Assembly (NCBI RefSeq): GCF_026571515.1 | Contig: NW_026852332.1 | Location: forward strand, 310,001-374,000 | From: Ruditapes philippinarum | Lineage: Eukaryota | DNA: 64,000 nt | Direction of reading: 5' to 3' | Shown here: in pieces, positions 51,499-64,000 of the stretch | Numbering within the stretch: the stretch's first letter is position 1 | Layout: every line of letters starts with the position of its first letter | The notes under the pieces: model-generated | What the model was told of the DNA's origin: nothing | Seen by the model: only the letters and a program-made list of their open reading frames with translations | Database searches by the model: none | Made by a program: the position numbers and the translations under genes

Positions 51499-52073
51499 GT
51501 AAAAGAATGTACAAATGCGACTTTTGTGAATACTCGTCGAATCAGACAACAAACATTGTAAACCACGTTCGGAGACATACCGGAGAAAGACCGTATGGAT
51601 GTAAGCTCTGTAGCGTACGATGCTATACGTCCGTTGAATACAAGAAACATCTCGAGACTCATAATACGAAGAATTTGAAAGAATGCCATCTCTGCGGCCG
51701 CTCTTTTAAAACGGCCCATACGTTAAGATACCACATACAAAAACATATTAAACGTGGGGCGCATATTTGTGATGTGTGTGGAAAAGATTTTGAATACCCT
51801 TCTGCATTGCAGACCCATTATGTAACTCACACAGGTGAGAAAAGATATGAATGTGGCGAATGCTTTGAAAAGTTTAGCCACAGGAATTCGCTGATGCGAC
51901 ATTTAAGAATCCATGACGGTGACGGATTTAAGTGTCACATATGCGATAAAACGTTCACAAGAAAGGACTACTGGCGTAAGCATTTCATTAAAGACCATGA
52001 CTTTACTGGCAATGAAGATTTCCTTGCAAAGAATTGGTATGGAAAGGTTGATCGTCTTTACAAAACTGAGTGA
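51499..52073 (+). CDS. Alternative terminal exon G, 6 C2H2 zinc fingers
   Basis: tctctccatttacag|GT AAA AGA ATG TAC AAA TGC; phase 1; TGERP and TGEKR linkers; ends TGA. Confidence 0.92.
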
Positions 52074-53542
52074 AGCTCGAAGTGTTAATGTCACGTTCAA
52101 TGCAATGGTTTAAAAGTTTCCTGCTGACGTGATAACTTGATAGAATACTATGTATGTTTACGTGTATATGATGGCATTTTAACAGTTTAAACACACTGTA
52201 AAAAGTGTACAGAATGCATTGTTTATGTAAATCATTATTTTGCAAAATATTACATGCAAGTTGATTCACGCTTCTAGGTATTTTCGAAGGAAAAATCAAG
52301 TATTGCCACAGTCATGTCGTCCTTTCCTGTGACTTTCCGACATTGGCCATTATTTTGTTTATTTCTCAAGTGAGTGTCCACTTACTTGAACACAACAATG
52401 CTTTGGACAAGACTTTTAAGTAGACGAGACTGAACCTTACATTGACTCATAAATGACTCTGACCGTCAATGTTAAATGATTGAATTTTGCTTTATTTTAT
52501 ATATAACTCTGTTAAATTTGAATGGATTTGGGTTATACATGGACACATTTATCATTTGACCTTCCAACAGACCAAACTGATAATGACCTTCACTCCTCAA
52601 TGGCATTGAAGGGGGTTGAATTAATGAATTTTGCTTCATGTTTGCCATAATTATTTATGCATAGATAGTCTTCATACTTGGACACATAATCCTTTGAACA
52701 CAATACAAGAAAATTATATTTTGGTCTTCCGTTGAATACAAGAAACATCTCGAGACTCATAAATTGGTTGTTGACTTTTCGACACTTGAGATCAAATTGG
52801 TAATTTGGAATCTTATGCCAAAACAATTAAAAAATATGACCTTGGCATTTATCTTACATTTACTATCAAAGTCAAACTTTTGAAATTTGTTTAAATTGTC
52901 AGTACTTTGTTATTTATTAAAGACTTGGACAATAATTTGGAAGACCAAATTAATTGTGACCTTTACATGCTTTACTCATCAATAACATTGACCTTTGACG
53001 TCAAATAGTTTTTTTCCAATTGTAATTGTAACTTTATAATTAGCTTTTACTTTATAAATAATGAATGTTTTTTCTTCCTACTTGTGTACAGCAGTCACTT
53101 TGGTAAGACATTTAAAAACATGTAGATTAAATTGAACTTCAACTTGACTTTTCGACACTTGAGATCAAATTGGTAATTTGGAATCTTATGCCAAAACAAT
53201 TAAAAAATATGACCTTGGCATTTATCTTACATTTACTATCAAAGTCAAACTTTTGAAATTTGTTTAAATTGTCAGTACTTTGTTATTTATTAAAGACTTG
53301 GACAATAAAAACACAATATACTAGAAACGGCTGTACAACTTTAATGTGTGACAGTTTCTATCAGTTGATACCAATCATAACATTTTCGGACAAACTTCAT
53401 GATTACAGTTTTCCCTAAATGAAAAGTTTTTTTTAATATCATTTTAATTTTTATTTCTAAAATAAATAAGTTGTCGGATTTCATTTGCCGTTTTAGCTAG
53501 CTAAAACATCTTGTTTTTTATTACACTCACATTGTACTAATA

Positions 53543-53921
53543 ATATCTGTCATATGTTGCGGTTCGGATCGGAATATCCGTCCCGCTGTGACCTTCCCAT
53601 GGGCGGGTTACAGAAGGACGGATATTCCGATCCGAACCGCAAACATATGTCAGATATTTTTTCTTGCATATTCTACCATATTCCATTATATTTTAAATTC
53701 TTTATCTTTATTTTCAATGGATATTTATATCATTACAACCGTAACTTCTTTCTAACTACAGCCTATGAAATTACAACTTCATTCATAACGGTAAGATGAC
53801 ATCATCCTAAGCGTGCCATTGTACAGCACGCGACTAATCTGGCACCCCCCATGCCAGATAAAATTTCCGGCATGGATGAAACTAACGGAAACGCCAGTCT
53901 GATATGATATGCAAGAAATAT
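53543..53921. mobile_element. Hairpin-containing non-autonomous element
   Basis: ~40 bp inverted arms (atatct.tcatatgttgcggttcggatcggaatatccgtcc / ggacggatattccgatccgaaccgcaaacatatgtcagatat) plus a ttcttgcatat/atatgcaagaa pair. Confidence 0.65.
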
Positions 53922-54312
53922 TTGCCTATGCCTTTCTCAGCTCTAGTGTCAATGTAAGAAATTTGGTCTGCCCTGTAAATAACATTGGGAGAAAAGTTGT
54001 TCTAAATATCTTTGAGTGCGCAGAGTGTTTGGAACTGTATTTGGTAGATTTAATCTTTATTAAGCCTTTCTGATATGGTTTACATCGCCAATGTTTGATG
54101 CGATTTTGTACATTTTGTTATTGTGTTCATTGTAGCATATCAAATTTTCGTCTGTTTGTTTGTTCATAAAATAAAATGAAATCGCAAACAAAGAAACATT
54201 GTGGCTTTTCACACCCGTATAAAGTTAAACCAACCCGAATCACTTTTTAATGATAGCCCTTTTCAAAGCATAGCAAGTCTTAGTTCCGAAATTTGATAGG
54301 GAAAAGACAAGC

Positions 54313-54500
54313 ATTGCCGAGTGGTTAACGCAACGGACTAGTTATCTAATGATCGCTAGCCGTATGGGTTCAAACGTTTTCATGGGAAAGTCGTTGTTTC
54401 CTTGAGCAAGAAACTTTACACTAATCGTCAGTACTGGTTGGTTCCAGGAACGGATAAGGTGTGTCTATACGCTTATAGCTTTATACACGATCGAACTAAG
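54313..54500 (+). mobile_element. tRNA-derived SINE (second family)
   Basis: TTGCCGAGTGGTTAA A-box, GGTTCAAAC B-box, CORE-like ccttgagcaagaaactttacac. Confidence 0.65.
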
Positions 54501-55004
54501 ATAATTATGTAGTGGGAAAATCTTTGTAATGATAAATTGAATCTTGTAGGACAAGTGCTTCAGCAAACTACAACATCAGTTGCTCAAGGTAACTTTGAGG
54601 TATTTTCTTAATCAGCTCTATGAAACGTCAGAACTATTAAATATGTGTACATAAATATGAAATCCCCTTCAGTATTTCTCTTATAAAAATAGTGCTCTTA
54701 AAAGAAATAAATGGTTATTTGTTAAATTGCTAGGCAATGAATAATAAATTAATTTATAAATACATTTATATATAAATAGTAATAAAATGACGAACAAATG
54801 TAAAACAACACTTTATGGAATGTAATGATATAAAGTAGTTTATATTTGTTACGATAACCGTTTCATATATTCTATAATTTTGCTCTTTGTTTGCTGCATT
54901 CGTTTAAAAAAAAAGATCCCTAATTTAGAAAGGTGTATTTCTTTTTTCCCCTTTTTTCTCCCCACTACCTTCCTGTTGTGATAATTTATGCACTGAATTT
55001 TTAT

Positions 55005-56270
55005 TTTTTAACCAGGTTTTCCGAAGGAAAAAAAACTGGTTATTAGATTGAGGTATGTCGGCGGGCGGACGGGCGGGCGTAAACAATTTCTTCTGTGCGC
55101 AACTCCTACATTTTTCAACGGATTTTGACCAAACTTTCACATAAGCTTTGTCATCAAGTGACCTTGCGCATATTGTCGGGGTTTTGTGATTGGATAATAT
55201 TTGACCTAATTATGGCCCTTTGTTTTTTTTCCTTATATAGAATATATAGTGAATAATTTCTTCTGTGCCCAACTGTTCCTACAGTTCTCAATGGATTTTG
55301 ACCAAACTTTCACAGAGGCTTTGTCATCAAGTGCCCTGGCCCATATTGTCGGGGTTTTGTGATTGGATAATATTTGACCTAATTATGGCCCTGTGTTTTT
55401 TTTTCCCAATATAGGATATATAGTGAACAATTTTCTGTGAGCAACTCCTCCTACATTTCTCAACGGAATTTGACCAAACTTTCACAGAGGCTTTGTCATC
55501 AAGTGCCTTAGGGCATGTTGTCAGGGTTTTGTGATTGTATAATATTTAACCTAATTATGGCCATTTGTTTTTTTTCCTTATACAGATTATATAGTGAACA
55601 ATTTTTACCATGCGCAACTTCTCCTACATTTCTCAACAGATTTTGACCAAACTTTCACAGAAGCTTTGTTATCAAATGCCCTGGCCCACATTATCGGGGT
55701 TTTGTGATTGGATAATATTTGACCTAATTATGGCCCTTTGTTTTTTTTCTTATACAGATAATATAGTGAACAATTTTTACCATGCGCAACTTCTCCTTCA
55801 TTTCTCAACAGACTTTGACCAAACTTTCACATAAGCTTTGTCATCAAGTGCCCTGGCGCATATTATCGGGGTTTTGTGATTGGATAATATTTGACCTAAT
55901 TATGGCCCTTTGTTATTTTTCCTTATGCAGAATATATAGTGAATTTTTTTTTCTGTGCTGAACTCCTACATTTCTCAACCGATTTTGTTCAAACTTTTAC
56001 AGTAGCTTTGTCATCCAGTGCCCTGGCGCATATTGTCGGGGTTTTGTGATTGAATAATTTTTTATTTAATTATTGCCCTTTGTTTTTTTTCCTTATACAA
56101 AATATAATTATAGTGAACACTTCCTCTGTGGCAATTCCTCCTACATTATTCATGTTTTACATTGCACATAGTTACATTGTTTGTAGCTTGTATTTGTATT
56201 TCAAATGCAACATATTTATGTTATGATAATTAAAAACCTGGTTTCATGGCATTGCCATGTTTCTTGTTTT
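55005..56270 (+). mobile_element. HINE-like element with ~180 bp tandem array
   Basis: aaccaggtttt / aaaacctggtt subTIRs, GGCG microsatellite, about 6 units, catggca.tgccatg hairpin, cttgtt end. Confidence 0.88.
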
Positions 56271-58414
56271 CTTTATGTTAACTGGCAGATCATATTTTCA
56301 TACTAAATTAATATAGTAATAAATTATCGTGTTTCCATTTGTTTACGTTGTTTCTAGCTTTCTGTACTATTTATATATTAAGTAACTAACTATCTCATAT
56401 TGTTTTTTTTTTACATTTCACAGTTCAGATTGGTAACTGTCGAATGAGTTTTTTCACCGCGCGACTTCCAAAATATTACCCTTATTTCAAAAACTAGGGG
56501 AAAAACCATCAAAAAAATAATTTAACCTGCTTTGCAATTGAAAATTTAATTCATTTTTATTTTTACCATTTTTTCACCAAATATATTTCGCTGTGCGATT
56601 CCTTTGATCAGATACTTCTCAAAAGTTTATCTATATATATAATCGTGTCAGTTAATGAAATAAATGGTTAGTAAGTTGTACAAAATCAATTAGATCTACC
56701 TCTTTTCCACCCAGAGCCATTTCTATATCTATATTTCCCAATCAACTGCAGTTTTAATACTGGGTCTATGAAAATGTGTTAAAGGATACTCCTAAATATT
56801 TTTTACCGTTACGCAATTATCATAATCATTGGTAAACACATTTTTTATTATTCAAATGTTCACCCATTTATGGCAGCAAATGCAATGGTTCTAAGAAGAC
56901 CTTTCCAAATGACTTCCTGTTCACGATATTTAAAGCATTGACTGCTAACATTACGCAAATATTAATCAGTTCAAGATATTCAAAATAATAAAAATAAGTA
57001 TATGCATTAACTTTCAGATATTGAATATTTTAAATAATGTATCTGTCTTAATGTCAAAGCTTTGAAAACACGCAAACGCCTGTACACGTATTTCTAGTTA
57101 ATTGATACCCATAATATCTGCGACTGGGTAAGCCTTTTCCCAATGGATTGGTAAAAGAGATAAACTGGCTAGATATGGACCTTATAAAAATGTTAATTGC
57201 TCTGCAAATGCGAGAAAGTCCACCAAAAACGGCTGTAATTCTCCTCTGTGCTCGAAAAATGTAATGATCTTAATGGATGCTTCGCAACCAGTTATTATAG
57301 ACTTAGTCAAGATTACATCCTTTCACTTGTAGTAATACTATTTATAGTAATATACTACAGCAGGATAGCCTTATACATTCAAAAGGTTACGATAGTATTC
57401 ATTTGTTTGTTAACTTATTTCGTGCATAAATGACATATTCGGATTACTAATAACGAAGAAAGCCGTAACGATTCATCGAACGATGTATCTATGCATCGCG
57501 CTATGAGCTGTCTTTGACATCTTCAATGGAAAAAAAGAGTGCAATAGAGATTTCACTTTCCAATGCTTGGAAAGGAGAACCTCTAAACTAATACGAGGGC
57601 CAATCCACATAGGAATCAGACAAATGATCTTTTAACGGTTTGCACCAGAATATGTTGATTAATACGAAAATTCATACTCCTTTATACATAAAGGGCAAAT
57701 AAATATAAATAAATAAATAAAATAAATAGTAAAACAGAATTGAAAATAAAGGAGTCCCGCGGAGAACAATGCGAAAACACGGCAAAGTCACTACTTTGTC
57801 GTATTTTAGCCCTTCAATTAAGGCGCCATTCAGAAACACGTGTTTTTTGCCTGGCGCCCAGGAGCGAAAATACGACATGGCACGAATCAACCACCATGAG
57901 GTTATTCAAAATTTTGCTTACTTTAGCTAAGGCCATTCATATTCAACTGCGACAAGACGCTTATTATTTGGTCATGCAATCATTAGGTTATATGAATTGT
58001 GTTTGTTTAAATTGTTTATCAAGGAGAAGCAACTCAAAAAAGAATGTGTATATCGTGTAAAGGCAGTTTTAAATTTACACACATGTCATACATAACAGTA
58101 AAAGTTATAGCTGTATTTACTAGTTTATTATTGTTGCTTTATTTTATATGGATAAACACTAATAATCAATATAAAATAGCTTACTATTATGTTTACTACA
58201 TGTAGTTGGAGATGATATGATAATGAGACCACATTGTATCATTTCAGAAAAGATCTAGAACATGGAAAGGTCAACTATTATAACAATTGTAAACATTGTT
58301 GGCTTGTTAATTATTTAAAAAGCAATTTCTGATAAGAAACAAGATCTAGTTCAAATTCAGTTGATTCGTCTTAAAGGCAATGCAGTTCAAGTATAAAGAC
58401 AATCAATTCCATAA

Positions 58415-59330
58415 AGTAGACCTTTCAAATTTGTATAAGATCGAGTACGCAATGTCGAGTCCGCAGCGAAGGCAGACAAATGGTGTTTAAGTAGTTGTAC
58501 TAAGAATATTGTGTTTTTACGAAAATTTATACACTTTATAGACAGAAAGAACTAATCTCCTGTCATCAAAAACGACCATGCCATGCGGAGATCTCACGGA
58601 TGTTTTACTTGGGCAAGAGTTTCAAGTCTTATATTTATGTAAACTAGACCCTCCAAATTTGTAAAAAATCGAATTCGCAACATCAGAGAAATAGTGTTTA
58701 AGAACGTTGACTAAGAATATTGTGTTTTTAACGAAAAATGTATACACTTTATATACAAATCGCCGGCCATAAAAAAATGCCACGCGGAAGTCTCACTGGT
58801 GTTATACATGGGCTAGATCTTCGAGTTTTATATTTCTGTAAAGAAAATCCTCCAAATTTTTACAAGATCGAGTCCGCAACAAAATCAGACAAATTGTGTT
58901 AAAGTAGTTGTACTAAGAATATTGTGTTTTTTACAGAAATTTATACACTTTATATACAGAAAGAGCAAATTGCCAGTCATAAAAATGGCCATGTCACGCG
59001 CAGAGCTCACGGATATTGTACTTTGGCTAAAGCTTCGAGTTTCTGTAAAGTAAATTCTCAAAATTTATTCCAGATCGAATTCGCAACGAAATTAAACAAA
59101 TTGTGTATAAGCAATTGGATTGAGAATACTACTATATTGAGAGTTTTTAACGATTTTTTATGCACTTTATATACAGAAAGAACAACAAAGCGCCGGATAT
59201 AAAAAACGACCATGCCATGCAGAGTTGTCACTGATGTTTTACTCGGGCTAGAGTTTTGAGGTTAACATTTTTTTAAGTAGACCCACCAAATTAGACCCAC
59301 CAATTTGTACAAAGTCGAGTCCGCAACGAC
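58415..59330. repeat. Older, diverged copies of the ~205 bp satellite
   Basis: Shares agaccctccaaa…tcgaattcgcaac, tttatacactttata and ccatgccacgcggaa-like motifs with the 60.9-63.7 kb array. Confidence 0.8.
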
Positions 59331-59729
59331 TTAAATATAAGCCAAATTGTTCAACATGCCTGTGCACCTATGACAACATCTATCTATGGGTATGCTTTTA
59401 AATCAATTCATTCTTAGGACACCCAATTACAAATTTATAGCATCATAAAAATAGATACTGTATTTTAAATTTCTGTCATTTATTTCAATTATACTTTAGT
59501 CCATATACAAGATCTAGGTCAAATTCAGTCGATTCGTCTTAAAGGTAATGCAGTCCAAGTATAAAGACAATCCATTTGATAGGCAATTAAATCAGACAGA
59601 AACATAAAAAAAACAATAATTTTGACCTAAAAGGTGATAGTCAATCAACTTTTGTTAGTTTGTTTTTGTTTTATTTTTTGTTTTATCCTTTTCAAAGGTT
59701 ATTTAGTCCAAATGTGAAACATTCCACGT

Positions 59730-60112
59730 ATATGTTAGTGTTCATCCGTGCTGTTCTATTAGAAACTTCGACGGGAGCGATAGCGACAGAAGAATGTTTC
59801 TAATTTCTGTAGAACAGCACGGATGAATACTAACATATTTAGTGTCAAGCTTTATTTGGCCTCATTATCGTTTACTTTACTACGTCACTATGCGGTTTTA
59901 TGAAGTACTATGAAAAATAGAAGTCGACTATGGACTGAATTAGATATAGTTTCGACTTTTGTACTTCTATGAAAATTAACGCACACAATTTTTAAGAAAT
60001 ACAGCGTTTTCATTGGATGACAAATAAAGTTGTCATAAAGTGTCCAGCTTTATTTGTCATCCAATGAAAACGCTGTATTTCTTCAAAATTCTGTGCGTTA
60101 ATTTTCATAGAA
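59730..60112. repeat. Two adjacent long inverted repeats
   Basis: 59731-59837: ~35 bp arms. 59966-60112: ~67 bp near-perfect arms with a ~12 nt loop. Confidence 0.9.
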
Positions 60113-60859
60113 ATTTTATTCTATATCCAATATTTATATTGTGTAACTCTAATTTTATATGCTATACCATAATATTTATTCAATGTTGCTGAATATTTGT
60201 TCATCATAAAAAATATTTGTGTCCGATAATTTTCTATATGTATGTTCTATAATTGAAAATATATATTGTATAATTAAATTATTTATTGTATAGATCTACT
60301 GAAACATATTTATTTGATAATTATTAGCATATTAAGCCCGCCTATAAAGTAAGCACAAAGGTCTGATAAAGCGTTATCATCCTGATTAAACTAGACTATA
60401 GTGTAGTGGAAATGACCAGCGTTCCTGTGAATGTCATTCAAAGAAGACCCTCAAAAGTTTTACAAAATCGAATTTGCAACGATATTGGTCGAATTGTGTT
60501 TCAACTGTTGACACGAGAAATTGATGCGTTTTTAACGAAATTTCTTAAGACTTTGTATAAATAAATAACAAATGGCAGGTCCAAATAGCGACTGTAAAAC
60601 ATGAAGTAGTTGCTCTTATTTTCCTTGAGTTAAATCTCTGTGCCTTTAAGCCTTATATAGCAGTGAAGATGTTCCTTTTAATTAATACAATCTAGATTTT
60701 TTTTAAGAAGGTGGCGTTCATTTTGTAACCGCTAACTGTACATGATATCAATTCCTAAAAGATCGAGCTCTCTCAAGCGCGATTTTGTCACACACACCAG
60801 AACTGATTTACATTTACCACTGTGTGAACGGTTGGCTCTAAATAATGATTTTTTCTCGA

Positions 60860-63727
60860 AAATGTATACACTTTATATATAGAAAGAGCTAATCGCCGGA
60901 AAATGACCTTGCCATGCGGAAATGTTCCTTGGGTTAGGGCTTTAAAACTTAAAACATGTAATGTAGATCCTCCATAGTTGTACAAAATTAAATTTGCAAC
61001 GGAATTGATCAGATTGTTTTTGAACCGTAGGCTCGTGAATATGTTTTTTCCGAAATTTACATAGATATAGAAAAAATCGCCGGTGCAAAAAATGAACAAG
61101 CCATGCGGAAATATCCTGGGCATGTTCCTTGGGTTAGGGCTTTAAAATGTAAAGAAGATCCTCCATAGTTGTACAAAATTAAATTTGCAACGGAATTGGT
61201 CAAATAGTTTTTGAACTGTAGGCTCGCGAAAATGATGTTTTTTACGAAATTTATATATAGAGAGAAAGAACAAATCGCCGGTGCAAAAATGACCATGCCA
61301 TGCAGAAATATCCTGGACAAGTTCCTTGGTTTAAGGCTTTAAAACTTAAAACATGTAAAGTAGACCCTCCATAGTTGTACAAAATTAAATTTGCAACGGA
61401 ATTGGTTTATTGGTTTTTGAACGTTAGGCTCGTGAAAATGATGTTTTTTTTATGAAATTTTTATGGAGAAAGAACAAATCGCGGTGCAAAAAATGACCAT
61501 GCCACGCGGTAATCTCCTGGACATATTACTTGGGTTAGGGTTTTAACCTTAAAACATGTAAAGTAGACCGTCCATAGTTGTACAAAATTGAATTTGCAAC
61601 GGAATTGGTCAATTATGTATTAAACAATAGGCTCGTGAAATGATGTATTTTTTACGAATCGCGGTGCAAAAAAAAAAATGACCATGCCACGCGGAAATCT
61701 CCTGGACATATTACTTGGGTTAGGTCTTTAAAACTTAGAACTTGTAAAGAAAGCCCTCCATAGTTGTACAAAATTAAATTTGCAACGGAATTGGTCAATT
61801 GGTTTTTGAACGATATGCTCGTGAAAATGATGTTTTTTACTAAAATTATATGTAGAAAGAACAAATCGCGGTGTAAAAAATGACCATGCGACGCGGAAAT
61901 CTCCAGGACATATTACTCGGGTTAGGGCTTTTAATCTGGAAACATGTAAATTGATTTTTGAACGGTAGGCTCGTGAAAATGGTGTTTTTTTACGAAATTT
62001 ATATAGAAAAATAACAAATTGCGGTGCAAAAAATGACCATGCCACGCGGAAATCTCCTGGACATATTACTTTGGTTAGGGCTTTAAACCTAAAAACATGT
62101 AAAGTAGACCCTCCATAGTTGTACAAAATTGAATTTGCAACGGAATTGGTCAATTATTTATTGAACGATAGGCTCGTGAAAATGATGTTTTTTTACGAAA
62201 TTTATAAAGAAAAAGAACAAATCGCGGTGCAAAAAATGACCATGCCACGCGGAAATCTCCTGGACATATTACTTGGGTTAGATCTTTAAAACTTAAAACA
62301 TGTAAAGTAGACCCTCCATTGTTGTAAAAAATTAAATTTCCAACTGAATTGGTCAATTGGTTTTTGAACGATATGCTCGTGAAAATGATGTTTTTTTTAC
62401 ACAAATTATATGTATAAAGAACAAAGCACGGTGCAAAAAATGATCATGCGACGCGGAAATGTCCTGGGCATATTACTTGGGTTAGGGCTTTTAACCTTAA
62501 AACATGTAAAGTACACCCTCCATAGTTGTACAAAATGGAATTTGCAACGGAATTCGTCAATTATTTATTGAACGGTAGGCTCGTGAAAATGATGTTTTTT
62601 TCTTTCATGAAATATATGTGGAGAAAGAACAAATCGCGGTGCTAAAAATGACAATGCCACGCGGAAATCTCCTGGACATATGACTTGGGTTATGTCTTTA
62701 AAACTTGAAACATGTAAAGAAAACCCTCCATAGTTGTACAAAATCAAATTTGCAACGGAATTGGTCAATTGGTTTTTGAACGGTAGGCTCGTGAAAATGG
62801 TGTTTTTTTACGAATTTTTTATGAAGAAAGAACAAATCGCGGTGCAAAAAATGACCATGCCACGAGGAAATCTCCTGGACATATTTCTTGGGTTAGGGCT
62901 TTAAACTTTAAAACGTGTTAAGAAGACCCTCCATAGTTGTACAAAATTGAATTTGCAATGGATTTGGTCAATTATTTATTAACCGGTAGGCTCGTGAAAA
63001 TGATGTATTTTTCACGTAATATAATATGGAGAAAGAACAAATCGCGGTGCAAATATGACCATGCCACGCGGAAATCTCCTGGACATATTACTTGGCTCAG
63101 GTCTTTAAAACTTAAAACATGTAAAAAAAAAACCTCCATACTTGTACAAAATTAAATTTGCAACGGAATTGGTAAATTGATTTTTGAACGGTAGGCTTGT
63201 GAAAATGATGTTTTTTTTTACGAAATTTATATAGAAAAGGAACAAATCGCGGTGCAAAAAATGACCATGCCACGCGGAAATCTCCTGGACATATTACTTG
63301 GGTTAGGTCTTTAAAACTTAAAACATGTAAAGAAAGCCCTCCATAGTCGTACAAAATTAAATTCTAACTGAATTGGTCAATTGGTTTTTGAACGATATGC
63401 TCGTGAAAATGATGTTTTTTTTACGAAAATTATATGTAGAAAGAACAAATCGCGGTGCAAAAAATGATTATGCGACGCGGAAATCTCCTGGACATATTAC
63501 TTGAGTTAGGGCTTTTAACCTTAAAACCAGTTAAGTAAACCTTCAGAAGTTGTTCAAAATTGAATTTGCAACGGAACTGGTCAATTATTTATTGAACGGT
63601 AGGCTCGTGAAAATGATGTTTTTTTCTTTCACGAAATTTATGTGGAGAAAGAACAAATCGCGGTGCAAAAAATGAACATGCCACGCGGAAATCTCCTGGA
63701 CATATCACTTAGGTTAGGGCTTTAAAA
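60860..63727. repeat. Satellite array, ~205 bp monomer, about 14 copies
   Basis: aaatttgcaacggaattgg recurs at ~203-207 bp spacing; explains all ORFs in this interval. Confidence 0.95.
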
Positions 63728-64000
63728 GTTAAGGTATTAGGACCCTAATGGGCACTATCAGGAACTAAAAAATTGACATCATAAGTCAGATGTATACCTT
63801 AAAGTACACCTTTATGCAAAATTTAAACAAAGTTTACCGTACGGAAATCAAGTTATGGCCTTTTTTCTGAACTCAAGCTAGGATGTTATGAGGGCCCTTT
63901 TTTAGAAAGTAAGAACCTTTAAATAATCTGCAATAACATTCTAATGAAAAATGTTTTCCCATTAATTTTTGGTAAGAAACAAATAGTACCATTCAGCTAA

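Noticed and set aside
22905-52073. Seven independent single-exon zinc-finger genes, as the ORF track implies
   Set aside because: The ORF-track N-termini are translated polypyrimidine tracts or start inside finger 1. All share a phase-1 acceptor at the homologous codon, and the starts are not conserved even among near-identical C, D and E.
22972-52073. One long poly-zinc-finger protein made of consecutive exons
   Set aside because: Every exon runs into a stop after a C-terminal tail, and I saw no conserved donor after the last finger.
56424-56497. Eighth variable exon after the strong acceptor at 56421-56423
   Set aside because: Phase-1 reading gives about 24 aa with no finger motif.
60788-63354. 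Family of similar minus-strand ORFs (…NSVANLILYNYGG…)
   Set aside because: Translations of satellite monomers with frequent frameshifts.

Overview
AT-rich animal genomic DNA; the repeat landscape (Helentron/HINE-type elements with internal satellite arrays, tRNA-derived SINEs) suggests a mollusc, probably a bivalve. Two genes are arranged head-to-head. On the minus strand are five internal coding exons of coatomer subunit zeta (COPZ1); its first and canonical last exons were not located. On the plus strand is an unusual C2H2 zinc-finger locus. One 'constant' exon (18792-19645) encodes an unrecognised N-terminal domain, an acidic tract and NLSs, and ends at a phase-1 donor. It is followed over about 32 kb by seven stop-terminated exons, each encoding 5-6 C2H2 fingers and each starting at a phase-1 acceptor that completes the same Gly codon. 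This reads as one gene producing at least 7 proteins with swappable DNA-binding arrays through mutually exclusive terminal exons. The architecture resembles insect lola/broad/mod(mdg4), but without a BTB domain. The cassette is still expanding: three exons come from a recent ~4.1 kb tandem triplication, and their substitutions are enriched at base-contacting helix positions. The rest of the window is transposon-derived sequence, minisatellites and a ~205 bp satellite array.
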